Assembly: GCA_038257485.1 (NCBI GenBank)
Contig: JBBSJG010000001.1
Span: forward strand, 3,559 to 67,558
Direction of reading: 5' to 3'
From: Longimicrobiales bacterium
GTDB lineage: Bacteria > Gemmatimonadota > Gemmatimonadetes > Longimicrobiales > RSA9
Length of the DNA stretch: 64,000 nucleotides
Of the stretch, positions 7,939 through 16,246 are shown in pieces (positions within the stretch are counted from its first letter, which is position 1; each line of letters starts with the position of its first letter). Both the position numbers and the translations under genes were made by a program. Under the pieces are notes generated by a model. That model was not told the origin of the DNA and searched no databases. It was given only the letters and a program-made list of their open reading frames with translations.

Positions 7939-9338
7939 ACCAGACGCAGTCGGGGAACGTGGAAATGACGGAAACAAGTCGCCGGTCGGAACTGCTGTCG
8001 CGCATCGCGAGTGGGGATGCGACCTGTGCCATTATCGGGCTGGGCTATGTAGGCCTCCCGCTGGCGGTCGAGATGGCGAATGCAGGGGTGAAGGTGCTTG
8101 GCTATGACGTGTCCGAGCGCGCGGTGGAAGGCATCAACCGGGGTGAGTCGCACATCAAGGACATCGCGTCGAGCGTACTTGCTCCGCTGGTGAAGAGCGG
8201 GCTCATCGCGGCGACGACGGATGCATCGCGGCTTGGCGAAGTCGATGTCATTGCGATCTGTGTTCCGACCCCACTGTCGAAGACGCGTGACCCGGATGTG
8301 AGCTATGTGGTAGCATCGGCGGAGGCGGTCGCCGCGACGCTGCGACCGGGTCAGTTGATCATCCTGGAATCGACAACGTATCCGGGCACGACACGCGATC
8401 TGATGCTGCCGCGTCTCGAGGCGGCGGGCCTCACGGTGGGCGTGGATTTCTTCCTGTGCTTCAGTCCCGAGCGGGTGGACCCGGGCAACGAGCACTGGGG
8501 GGTGCGCAATACGCCGAAGGTGATCGGCGGAATTACGGATGCATGTCTGGAGACGGGGGTCGCAATCTACAGTCGCGTGATGAGTCACGTGGTGCCGGTC
8601 TCGTCGACGGAGGCTGCAGAGCTGACGAAGCTGCTGGAGAACACGTTCCGTGCGGTGAACATCGCGCTCGTGAACGAGATGGCGCAGATCAGCGAGCGTC
8701 TGGCCGTCGATGTCTTCGAGGTGATCGATGCGGCTGCCACGAAGCCTTTCGGCTTCATGAAGTTCTCGCCGGGTCCCGGCATCGGCGGTCACTGCATTCC
8801 GCTCGATCCGCACTACCTCGCGTGGAAGATGAAGACGCTGAACTACAAGACTCGCCTGATCGAGCTGGCTGGTGAAGTGAACAGCGAGATGCCGCATTTC
8901 GTCGTGGAAAAGGTGCGGGACGCATTGAACATGACGCGCAAGGCGCTGAACGGCAGTCGCATACTCGTGCTCGGCGTTGCATACAAGCGCGACATCGACG
9001 ACGTGCGGGAAAGCCCGGCGCTCGACATCATCAAGCTGCTCGTTGAGAAGGGCGCCGATGTGGTCTACCATGATCCGTTCGTCGCGGAAGTGCGGGAAGA
9101 TGGTGTCGTCCGCCAGAGCGTGGCACTCTCGGATGCTGAGCTCGCGAAGGCGGACTGCGTGCTGATTGCGACGGACCACACAGGTGTGAATTATGGCCGA
9201 CTGGTCGGCCTCCCGATCCCGATCGTGGATACGCGCAATGCGATGCGCGAATTCCATTCTGAGAACGTCATCGGTCTGAGTGGTCAGGGGCGAGGCGGTG
9301 CGCTCGAGTCGGGCATCCGCAAGGCGGCCAATGCCTGA
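7935..9338 (+). CDS. Nucleotide-sugar dehydrogenase (UDP-GlcNAc/ManNAc 6-dehydrogenase-like, UDP-glucose/GDP-mannose dehydrogenase family)
   Basis: Rossmann motif CAIIGLGYVGLPLAVEMA, the catalytic region FSPGPGIGGHCIPLDP, and the C-terminal UDP-binding domain VLGVAYKRDIDDVRESPA. The ATG overlaps the hemD stop (ATGA). Confidence 0.85.
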   Translation: MNQTQSGNVEMTETSRRSELLSRIASGDATCAIIGLGYVGLPLAVEMANAGVKVLGYDVSERAVEGINRGESHIKDIASSVLAPLVKSGLIAATTDASRLGEVDVIAICVPTPLSKTRDPDVSYVVASAEAVAATLRPGQLIILESTTYPGTTRDLMLPRLEAAGLTVGVDFFLCFSPERVDPGNEHWGVRNTPKVIGGITDACLETGVAIYSRVMSHVVPVSSTEAAELTKLLENTFRAVNIALVNEMAQISERLAVDVFEVIDAAATKPFGFMKFSPGPGIGGHCIPLDPHYLAWKMKTLNYKTRLIELAGEVNSEMPHFVVEKVRDALNMTRKALNGSRILVLGVAYKRDIDDVRESPALDIIKLLVEKGADVVYHDPFVAEVREDGVVRQSVALSDAELAKADCVLIATDHTGVNYGRLVGLPIPIVDTRNAMREFHSENVIGLSGQGRGGALESGIRKAANA

Positions 9339-9852
9339 TGCCCGCTGGTTCGCGTGCTACACGCGCGCGCGCGCCGAAAAGCAGGTTGAGAAGATGTTCG
9401 AGGACCGCGGAATCGAAAGCTTTCTGCCCGTCGTTGTGCGCGAGAGACAATGGAAGGACCGTCGGAAGATGGTCGCGTTTCCGCTCTTCCCCAGTTACGT
9501 CTTCGGCCGCTTCAGCCTGCCGGACACCCATGTGGTGCTGAGCATTCCTGGTGTGTCGACGATCGTTCGCATTCGGGGTCAGCCCGTTCCGATCCCGGAC
9601 GAGGACATCGCAAACGTCCGCAAGTTCGCGCTTGCGTTGGCGTCTACCGACGTTGTCATCGAAAGTGTCCCGTATTTCGCCGAGGGCGAGCGCGTAGAAG
9701 TAATCGACGGACCTTTTGCCGGCGTGCAGGGCTACGTGGTCGAGCGGCTGACAAGGCGCCGGGTACTGATCGGGATCGAGCCGATCGGGCAGGCGTTCGA
9801 GGTGGATTTCGATGCGCGGCTTTTACGCACCATCGAACGCAGCAGATCGTGA
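9331..9852 (+). CDS. NusG-family transcription antiterminator paralog (RfaH/UpxY-like)
   Basis: About 173 aa. NGN-like N-terminus WFACYTRARAEKQVEKMF...FPLFPSYVFGRF and a KOW motif GERVEVIDGPFAGVQGYVVE. It overlaps the upstream stop by 8 nt. Confidence 0.75.
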   Translation: MPDARWFACYTRARAEKQVEKMFEDRGIESFLPVVVRERQWKDRRKMVAFPLFPSYVFGRFSLPDTHVVLSIPGVSTIVRIRGQPVPIPDEDIANVRKFALALASTDVVIESVPYFAEGERVEVIDGPFAGVQGYVVERLTRRRVLIGIEPIGQAFEVDFDARLLRTIERSRS

Positions 9853-10640
9853 GCGGGATTCTCGACTTCCACAACCATGTGATACCGGGCGTGGACGACG
9901 GCGCCCAGACGGCTGAGGAGTCGGTCAGGGCGCTGAAGGCGATGGCGCGTCATGGTGTCACACACGTCGTTGCGACGCCGCACTTCGACGGCTCGTTGAC
10001 ACAGCGAGGAGCGGCCGCTGAAGCCAGGCTGGAGGAGCTGGATGCAGGGTGGGCCCGGCTGCAGGCTGTCATCGATCAGGTGCCGGAGATTACGGTACAC
10101 CGGGGCGCCGAGATCATGCTCGACACTGCGACACCGGACCTGTCGGATGTGCGGCTCCATCTCGCGGGCGGCACGTGTGTCCTGGTGGAATTCCCGTTCA
10201 TGACGGTGCCGCCCGAATCGGCTCGTGTGATCGCATATCTGCGTGCTGCGGGCCTGATCCCCATCGTGGCGCACCCCGAGCGGTATTCGGGCATCCAGCC
10301 CGGTTCCAACCTGCCGGTGGCGTGGAAGAAAGCGGGAGGGTATCTGCAGGTCAACGGCGGATCGTTGCTGGGCCGGTACGGCAAAGGGCCGAAGCTGAAC
10401 GCTGAAGACCTGCTCGCGCGCGGACTCGGGGACTACCTGGGCAGCGACTATCACACGCGGGGGTCGCCCCAGGTCAGGGAGTACTGTACGTGGCTTGCGG
10501 AGCGCGGCGGTGAGGAACAGGTGCAGCTGCTGACACAGTCCAACCCGATGCGGATGCTGCGAGGTGAGAGTCCGTTGCCTGTGATGCCACTGCGGTCCGG
10601 TGCTACCGGGTGGTCGCGGCTGCTGCCGTGGAAGCGATAA
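9849..10640 (+). CDS. PHP-family protein-tyrosine phosphatase (CpsB/YwqE-like)
   Basis: DFHNHVIPGVDDG, VATPH, AHPERY and GSDYH motifs, as in CpsB-type Mn-dependent Tyr phosphatases. The GTG start overlaps the upstream stop (GTGA). The ORF-track extension back to 9450 overlaps the NusG paralog and is rejected. Confidence 0.75.
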   Translation: MSGILDFHNHVIPGVDDGAQTAEESVRALKAMARHGVTHVVATPHFDGSLTQRGAAAEARLEELDAGWARLQAVIDQVPEITVHRGAEIMLDTATPDLSDVRLHLAGGTCVLVEFPFMTVPPESARVIAYLRAAGLIPIVAHPERYSGIQPGSNLPVAWKKAGGYLQVNGGSLLGRYGKGPKLNAEDLLARGLGDYLGSDYHTRGSPQVREYCTWLAERGGEEQVQLLTQSNPMRMLRGESPLPVMPLRSGATGWSRLLPWKR

Positions 10641-10641
10641 G

Positions 10642-11622
10642 TCAGCCGGCTCCGGCCATGTCCGCCATCGATCTCGCCCCGGCATCATTGTCCATGACGA
10701 GCCGCCTGAAATACGGAATCGTCTCGCTCAACCCGTCGTGAAGATTGTAGCGAGGCTCCCACCCGAGCTCGCGGCGGGCAACCGTGATGTCAGGACGACG
10801 GACCTTCGGATCGTCTTCAGGTAGCGGCTGCTGCGCGATGGTCGAGGTGCTGGCCGTGAGTGCGATGACCTGTTCGGCGAGCTGGCGAACCGTGAACTCC
10901 GTAGGGTTCCCGATGTTCACCGGCATCGTGTAGTCGGACATGAACAGGCGGTAGATCCCGTCGACTTCATCCGTGACGTAGGTGAACGACCGCGTCTGTG
11001 ATCCGTCGCCATAGACGGAAAGCGGCTCATTGCGAAGCGATTGAACGATGAAGTTCGAAACGACGCGGCCGTCGTTGGGCCGCATGCGTGTGCCGTAGGT
11101 ATTGAAGATACGGACAATGCGGGTGTCGACGTTGTGAAACCGGTGGTATGCCATCACCATCGCCTCGGCGAAGCGCTTCGCCTCGTCGTATACGCCGCGT
11201 GGACCGACGGGATTCACATGGCCCCAGTAAGTCTCCGGCTGCGGATGCACCTGCGGGTCGCCATATACTTCGGACGTGGACGCAAGCAGGTAGCGAGCGC
11301 CTTTCTCCTTGGCGAGGCCGACGGTCTTGTGGGTGCCGAGGCTACCGACTTTCAGTGTCTGGATGGGCAGTTCCAGGTAGTCGATGGGGCTGGCAGGACT
11401 CGCAAAATGGAGTACGCCGTCGAGGCCGCCCTTCACGAAGATGAAGTTGGTGACATCGTGCTGGACGAACTGGAAGCCGGGGTTGCCGAAGAGGTGTGCG
11501 ATGTTATCGGGTGAACCGGTGAGGAAGTTGTCGAGGCCGATGACTTCGTGACCCTCGGCGAGGAACCGGTCACACAGGTGAGACGCGAGGAATCCGGCAG
11601 CGCCAGTAATAAGAATTCGCAT
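10642..11622 (-). CDS. uxs: UDP-glucuronate decarboxylase (UDP-xylose synthase)
   Basis: [25 protein letters not shown], the YDEAKR catalytic YxxxK, and [19 protein letters not shown] are highly UXS-like. The start is ATG at 11622, an internal start of ORF 10642-11847. Confidence 0.9.
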   Translation of the reverse strand: MRILITGAAGFLASHLCDRFLAEGHEVIGLDNFLTGSPDNIAHLFGNPGFQFVQHDVTNFIFVKGGLDGVLHFASPASPIDYLELPIQTLKVGSLGTHKTVGLAKEKGARYLLASTSEVYGDPQVHPQPETYWGHVNPVGPRGVYDEAKRFAEAMVMAYHRFHNVDTRIVRIFNTYGTRMRPNDGRVVSNFIVQSLRNEPLSVYGDGSQTRSFTYVTDEVDGIYRLFMSDYTMPVNIGNPTEFTVRQLAEQVIALTASTSTIAQQPLPEDDPKVRRPDITVARRELGWEPRYNLHDGLSETIPYFRRLVMDNDAGARSMADMAGAG

Positions 11623-11693
11623 GGGGAACAGTACGCGAGAGGGTGGGGGCCGGCAAGGGCGTACGGCTTCCGAAGCGGACGGCAAACGGGTAT

Positions 11694-11718
11694 ACTCGCG
11701 GGCATAAAGTGCGCGAGT
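11694..11718. promoter_or_regulatory. 7-bp inverted repeat in the uxs/ugd divergent promoter region
   Basis: ACTCGCG (11694-11700), 11 nt, then CGCGAGT (11712-11718). It overlaps a TATACT -10-like hexamer at 11691-11696. Confidence 0.25.
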
Positions 11719-11743
11719 CCAACAATAGATCAGGGATCGAAAA

Positions 11744-13078
11744 ATGAAGGTCGGTATCATCGGAACGGGGTATGTCGGGCTGGTCGCGGGCGCTGGATTC
11801 GCGGAGACGGGCAATGAAGTGATCTGCGCGGATATTGATGCGGGCAAGATTGCGCGTCTGAACCGCGGCGAGATCCCGATCTACGAGCCGGGCCTCGAGC
11901 CACTCGTCGCGCGCGGCCTAGCGGATGGCCGCCTCGCGTTCTCGACGGATGTCGCGGAAGCGGTGCGTCGATCGGGCGTGATCTTCATCGCGGTGGGTAC
12001 GCCGCCGGGCGAGGATGGCAGTGCGGACCTGCAGCACGTGCTCGCGGTGGCGGAAATCATCGGCCGGTCGATCGAGGGCGAGACCGTGGTCGTGACGAAG
12101 AGCACGGTGCCGGTCGGTACTGCGGCGAAGGTGCGCGCGGTGATCGAAGCGCACACTACGCACAAGGTGCACGTGTGCTCGAATCCGGAGTTTCTCAAGG
12201 AGGGCGCCGCGGTCGACGACTTCATGAAGCCGGACCGCGTGGTGATCGGCGTGGACAGCGACTATGCGACGGAAGTGCTGGGCGAGCTGTATGCACCGTT
12301 CGTCCGCACTGGCAAGCCGATCCTGTTCATGGACGTGCCGTCCGCGGAGATCACGAAGTATGCAGCGAATGCGATGCTCGCGACGCGCATTTCCTTCATG
12401 AACATGATCGCTCGCCTGTGTGATGCCGTGGGCGCGGATGTCGGTCTGGTGCGGCAGGGCGTCGGTTCGGACGAGCGCATCGGCAATTCGTTCCTGTTCG
12501 CGGGCTGCGGGTACGGCGGCAGCTGCTTCCCGAAGGATGTGAAGGCACTGCTGCGAACGCTGCAGCAGCACGGCCTGGACAGCGGCATTCTCGAGGCGGT
12601 CGACGGTCTGAATGACGAACAGAAGCATGTGCTGCTCGAGACCGTGGACCGCGAGTTGGGGAGCGACCTGCAGGGGCGCACGATCGCCGTGTGGGGGCTG
12701 AGCTTCAAACCCGATACGGACGACATGCGCGAAGCGCCGTCGATTGTAATCATCGAAGGACTGCTGGCGCGCGGCGCTGCGGTGCAGGTTCACGATCCGG
12801 AGGCGCTCGAAGTGGCGAAGTCCGTGTTTGGCGACCGCGTGCAGTATCACGAGCACAATTACGACGCACTCGAGGGTGCGGACGCGCTGGTGATCGTGAC
12901 GGAATGGCGGCAGTATCGGGTGCCTGACTTCGACCGCATGCGCAGCCTGATGAAGGCGCCGGTCATCATCGATGGTCGCAATCTGTTCGACACACAGCGC
13001 ATGCCGGGGCACGGGTTCAGCTATTTCAGCATTGGCCGTCCGTCCGCCCGGCTGACGCCGTCGCCCGCGAATTCCTGA
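11744..13078 (+). CDS. ugd: UDP-glucose 6-dehydrogenase
   Basis: 444 aa with [20 protein letters not shown], the catalytic [11 protein letters not shown], and [17 protein letters not shown]. Confidence 0.93.
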   Translation: MKVGIIGTGYVGLVAGAGFAETGNEVICADIDAGKIARLNRGEIPIYEPGLEPLVARGLADGRLAFSTDVAEAVRRSGVIFIAVGTPPGEDGSADLQHVLAVAEIIGRSIEGETVVVTKSTVPVGTAAKVRAVIEAHTTHKVHVCSNPEFLKEGAAVDDFMKPDRVVIGVDSDYATEVLGELYAPFVRTGKPILFMDVPSAEITKYAANAMLATRISFMNMIARLCDAVGADVGLVRQGVGSDERIGNSFLFAGCGYGGSCFPKDVKALLRTLQQHGLDSGILEAVDGLNDEQKHVLLETVDRELGSDLQGRTIAVWGLSFKPDTDDMREAPSIVIIEGLLARGAAVQVHDPEALEVAKSVFGDRVQYHEHNYDALEGADALVIVTEWRQYRVPDFDRMRSLMKAPVIIDGRNLFDTQRMPGHGFSYFSIGRPSARLTPSPANS

Positions 13079-13120
13079 GCGGCTTGGCGGGGGGTACGGG
13101 ACAGCGGTACTTTTGACGCC

Positions 13121-13843
13121 ATGGATGCACAGCTGGCGCACATCAGACAACAGGCAAGACAGGCATTCGACCGCCGCGAGTATCAGCAGGCGCTCGATCT
13201 GTTCCTGTCGATCGCGGAACGACACCCGAGCTTTGCGGACATCCGGCACTTCGCGGGTCTATGCCGGAGCTTCCTCGGCGATGCCGAGGCCGCGCTCGAA
13301 CAGTTCGACTATGCGCTGGCAGCCAACCCGGCCTATGTCGAGGCGCATATCAATCGCGCGCTCACACTGAACGAACTGGGCCGCTTCGATGAGGCGAGGT
13401 TGGCATTCGACCTGGCTGCGCACTTCGAGCAGGAAATCTCGGGCAACTATCCTGCGGCGGTCACGGCGCGTCTGGCGAACGGTCACGCCAGCCTGGGCGA
13501 CACCTATTTCGAAGCGGGCGCGGCTGCGGAGGCCGTCGAGCAGTTCCGTCGTGCGCTCGAGCTGAGGCCACGGTTTCACGACATCCGGAACAAGCTTGCA
13601 CTGGGGCTGCTCCAGCTGGGTGAAACCGAGCTGGCGGCGTCAGAGTTGCGCGCGGTGCTGGAGTCCAACCCGCGCTTTCTGGGAGCCCGCATGAACCTGG
13701 GGCTGGCCTACTACCGATTGGGGCATCCGGACCGTGCGAGGCGGGAGTGGGAGGCGTCTGCGGACCAGGATCCTGAGAGTCCGCAGGTCCGCGCGTTCCT
13801 GGCCATGCTCGACCATTCGGACGAGGTCCGTGCAGACGGCTGA
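13121..13843 (+). CDS. TPR repeat protein
   Basis: 240 aa of recurring 34-residue TPR-like units (for example AEAVEQFRRALELRPRFHDIRNKLALGLLQLG). No other domain is recognised. Confidence 0.7.
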   Translation: MDAQLAHIRQQARQAFDRREYQQALDLFLSIAERHPSFADIRHFAGLCRSFLGDAEAALEQFDYALAANPAYVEAHINRALTLNELGRFDEARLAFDLAAHFEQEISGNYPAAVTARLANGHASLGDTYFEAGAAAEAVEQFRRALELRPRFHDIRNKLALGLLQLGETELAASELRAVLESNPRFLGARMNLGLAYYRLGHPDRARREWEASADQDPESPQVRAFLAMLDHSDEVRADG

Positions 13844-14759
13844 CCTCGCGTGGCGCGCGACGCTGCAACGCCTGTTCGCGGCGGTTGCCGTAGTGTCCGT
13901 CATCGCGGTCGGCTGCGCCGACCCGGAGACGTCGATGGCGCGAGGCGACCGGTTGTGGGCCGACTCGAGCTTTACCGAGGCCCTCGCGGAGTACCGGCTC
14001 GGGTATCAGCGGGACCGCAACTCGGATGAACTCCTGGCGAGGGTTGCGCATGGCTACGCGGTGACAGGCGAGTTCGCCCGCGCGAAACAGTATTACGACG
14101 AGCTGCTGGGCCGTTCTCCGTCGCACACCGACCAGGCGGTGTTCGACTACCTGACGCTGGCGCGACAGGCGCAGGCGAGGTCGGATCGCTATGGCCTGGC
14201 GGGCGCGGTCGAGGCGGCGGTCAAACTGAGGCCCGGACTGCCCGTTGCAGACCTGTCTGCGGGTCTCGCGCGCTATTACGCGGGGACGGGCGACGACGGA
14301 AAAGCGCTCGAGTACTACGATCGCGCATTGGGCGCAGCCGGCCCGGACTCCGTCGCCAGTCTCATGTTCGAGATTGCGATGCTGCACGAGAAGCGGGGAA
14401 GCTGTGCGGACGCGATCACGATGTTCAACGCGTTCCGCTCGAAGACATCGGACGCGGAAAAAGCGGACGAGGCGCGCTGGCATGTCGGCAACTGCTCGTG
14501 GACGCTGGCGAAGCAGGCGACGGCCGCGGCGGATACAGCGGGTGCGTTGCGGTACATGGACGCGGTGATCCAGCTAGGCACGCCTCGCACAGTGCTGGAA
14601 GAGGTGTGGTTCCAGCGGGGCGAGATCCTGGTGGCGCTCGGCCGGCGGGACGAAGCACTGGAGGCCTATGTCCGGTCGCTGGAGTACAACAGGACGGGGA
14701 GCGGGCAACTCGCAGAGCGTGCCCAGCGTCGTATTGATGAGCTGAGGTTCGGCCGCTGA
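13830..14759 (+). CDS. Putative TPR-like lipoprotein
   Basis: The frame is open from 13734. A GTG at 13830 gives a signal peptide with a lipobox (AVVSVIAVGC), and the body is helical-repeat rich. The start is uncertain. Confidence 0.55.
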   Translation: MQTADLAWRATLQRLFAAVAVVSVIAVGCADPETSMARGDRLWADSSFTEALAEYRLGYQRDRNSDELLARVAHGYAVTGEFARAKQYYDELLGRSPSHTDQAVFDYLTLARQAQARSDRYGLAGAVEAAVKLRPGLPVADLSAGLARYYAGTGDDGKALEYYDRALGAAGPDSVASLMFEIAMLHEKRGSCADAITMFNAFRSKTSDAEKADEARWHVGNCSWTLAKQATAAADTAGALRYMDAVIQLGTPRTVLEEVWFQRGEILVALGRRDEALEAYVRSLEYNRTGSGQLAERAQRRIDELRFGR

Positions 14760-14839
14760 TCTTCGGATCCGGCCGGACCCACACGAACCAGACACGGTTG
14801 GACCGGGTAAAAGCCTCCGGACCCATGACGAGAGTTGGA

Positions 14840-15586
14840 ATGAGCAAACGATACATGACAATCCTGGCAGCCGTTGTGCTGCTGGCACCCGTGACCGCGT
14901 GCGCGACGGCATCGGATATCCGGAAGTTGGACGCCAACGATTTGTGGACGCAGGGGAACGAACGGCTGGCATCGCGGAAATGGGTCGACGCCGCCCGCAT
15001 CTTCGAGCGGTTCACGCTCGAGTTCCCGACGGACAGCCGCTATCAGGAGGCCCGATACAACCTCGCGCAGTCACGCTTCGGTGCGAAGGAATACATCACG
15101 GCGGCCACCGAGTTCTCGCGTCTGTCGTCGGACTACCCGGCGGGCCCGTTCGCGGATGATGCGCAATACAAGGTGTGCGAGTCGTATCAACGCCTGTCAC
15201 CCGCCATCGAGCTGGATCAGCAGTACACCCAGTCAGCGATCGATCAGTGCCAGGTGCTGCTCTCGTACTTCCCGGCGAGCGAGTTCGTGCCGAAGGCGAC
15301 GGCGATCGTAGCGGAATTGACCGACAAGCTCGCGCACAAGCTGTACTGGACCGGCGACTACTACATCCGCCGCAAGGCTCACGACTCCGCAATCATGTAC
15401 TACGAGCTGGTGGTGAAGAATTATCCAACGTCCCAGTATGCGCCCCGCGCACTCGACAGGATGATCGACACCTACAAGTTGCTCGGCTACGAGGCCGAAG
15501 AGATCGCAACGCGCGCGCGCCTGCTCAAGGACTATCCGCAGTCAGCTGCATCGCCGCAGAAGCCGGATTCGGTCGGCCGGCGGTGA
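14840..15586 (+). CDS. bamD: Outer membrane protein assembly factor BamD
   Basis: Lipoprotein signal MSKRYMTILAAVVLLAPVTAC followed by BamD/YfiO TPR-like repeats (YQEARYNLAQSRF, DDAQYKVCESY, YYIRRKAHDSAIMYYELVVKNYPTSQYAPRAL). The start could also be 14798 or 14825. Confidence 0.8.
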   Translation: MSKRYMTILAAVVLLAPVTACATASDIRKLDANDLWTQGNERLASRKWVDAARIFERFTLEFPTDSRYQEARYNLAQSRFGAKEYITAATEFSRLSSDYPAGPFADDAQYKVCESYQRLSPAIELDQQYTQSAIDQCQVLLSYFPASEFVPKATAIVAELTDKLAHKLYWTGDYYIRRKAHDSAIMYYELVVKNYPTSQYAPRALDRMIDTYKLLGYEAEEIATRARLLKDYPQSAASPQKPDSVGRR

Positions 15587-16164
15587 GACTGGGCCTTTAC
15601 GGCGGCACCTTCGATCCTCCGCATATCGGACATCTCATCGTGGCCCATGACGCGTTCATCGCGTTGGGCCTCGATCGTATCATCCTCATCCCGGCCGGCG
15701 CGCCGCCCCACAAGCAGGGTCGAGTTGTGACGCCGGCCGAACTGCGCCTGGGGATGCTGGCAGCTGCGGTCGATGGGGATCCCCGTTTCGACGTCGACAG
15801 CGTCGAGCTGGACCGCGACGGCCCGTCCTACACGGTGGACACAGTGGTGGCCATGCAGGAAAAGTATCCCGGGGCCGAGCTGTACCTGCTGATGGGCGCG
15901 GACCAGTTCGCCGAGTTCCGCACGTGGCGGGACCCGCATCGTATCGCGGATCTGGCCCGCGTGGCAGTGCTGAGCCGCCCGGGCGTCCTGCGCGCCGCGG
16001 ACGCAGAACTCGAAGCGTTTGGGGCACAGTGGGTTACCGTTACTGCCCTGGACATCTCGTCATCAGACATACGGCAGCGACGCGGGCGGGGCGAATCCGT
16101 GCGCTACCTGGTTCCACCCGGGGTCGAGGCCTTTCTGGACAACCATGACATTTACGTTCACTGA
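15583..16164 (+). CDS. nadD: Nicotinate-nucleotide adenylyltransferase
   Basis: GLYGGTFDPPHIGHL (HxGH motif) and the ISSSDIR (ISST-like) motif. The GTG start overlaps the bamD stop (GTGA). Confidence 0.9.
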   Translation: MRLGLYGGTFDPPHIGHLIVAHDAFIALGLDRIILIPAGAPPHKQGRVVTPAELRLGMLAAAVDGDPRFDVDSVELDRDGPSYTVDTVVAMQEKYPGAELYLLMGADQFAEFRTWRDPHRIADLARVAVLSRPGVLRAADAELEAFGAQWVTVTALDISSSDIRQRRGRGESVRYLVPPGVEAFLDNHDIYVH

Positions 16165-16246
16165 CGGTTCGCGGGCCGGGCACGAAACGGGCGGCACCGC
16201 CCGGGGTACTGCACGACTCGCTACGTAGAAAAACGATGCTGACACG

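Noticed and set aside
9450-9848. Upstream extensions of real genes in the ORF track: 9450 for the phosphatase, 7674 for the dehydrogenase, 55269 for ftsK, 57607 for lolA-like, 59881 for spoIID-like, 40130 for hutH, 15175 for nadD and 50109-50390 for ppiD.
   Set aside because: The extensions overlap the upstream gene out of frame and lack homology-like sequence. Internal ATG or GTG starts at stop/start overlaps give N-termini typical of each family.
13121-15586. Three consecutive TPR-type proteins (a TPR protein, a TPR lipoprotein and BamD), considered as a possible dedicated complex.
   Set aside because: TPR proteins are abundant in this kind of genome, and BamD is a standard BAM component. 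Adjacency alone, without conserved-linkage data, does not support a specific claim.
16165-16246. Short GC hairpins in the nadD-secA spacer (CGGGCGG-CA-CCGCCCG) and in the hemB-LysM spacer (the CCCGGG palindromes near 27141-27170), considered as terminators or riboswitch elements.
   Set aside because: The stems are 6-7 bp, the loops are too small or U-tracts are absent, and such structures are expected by chance in GC-rich sequence. There is no resemblance to any riboswitch or leader family I can recognise.
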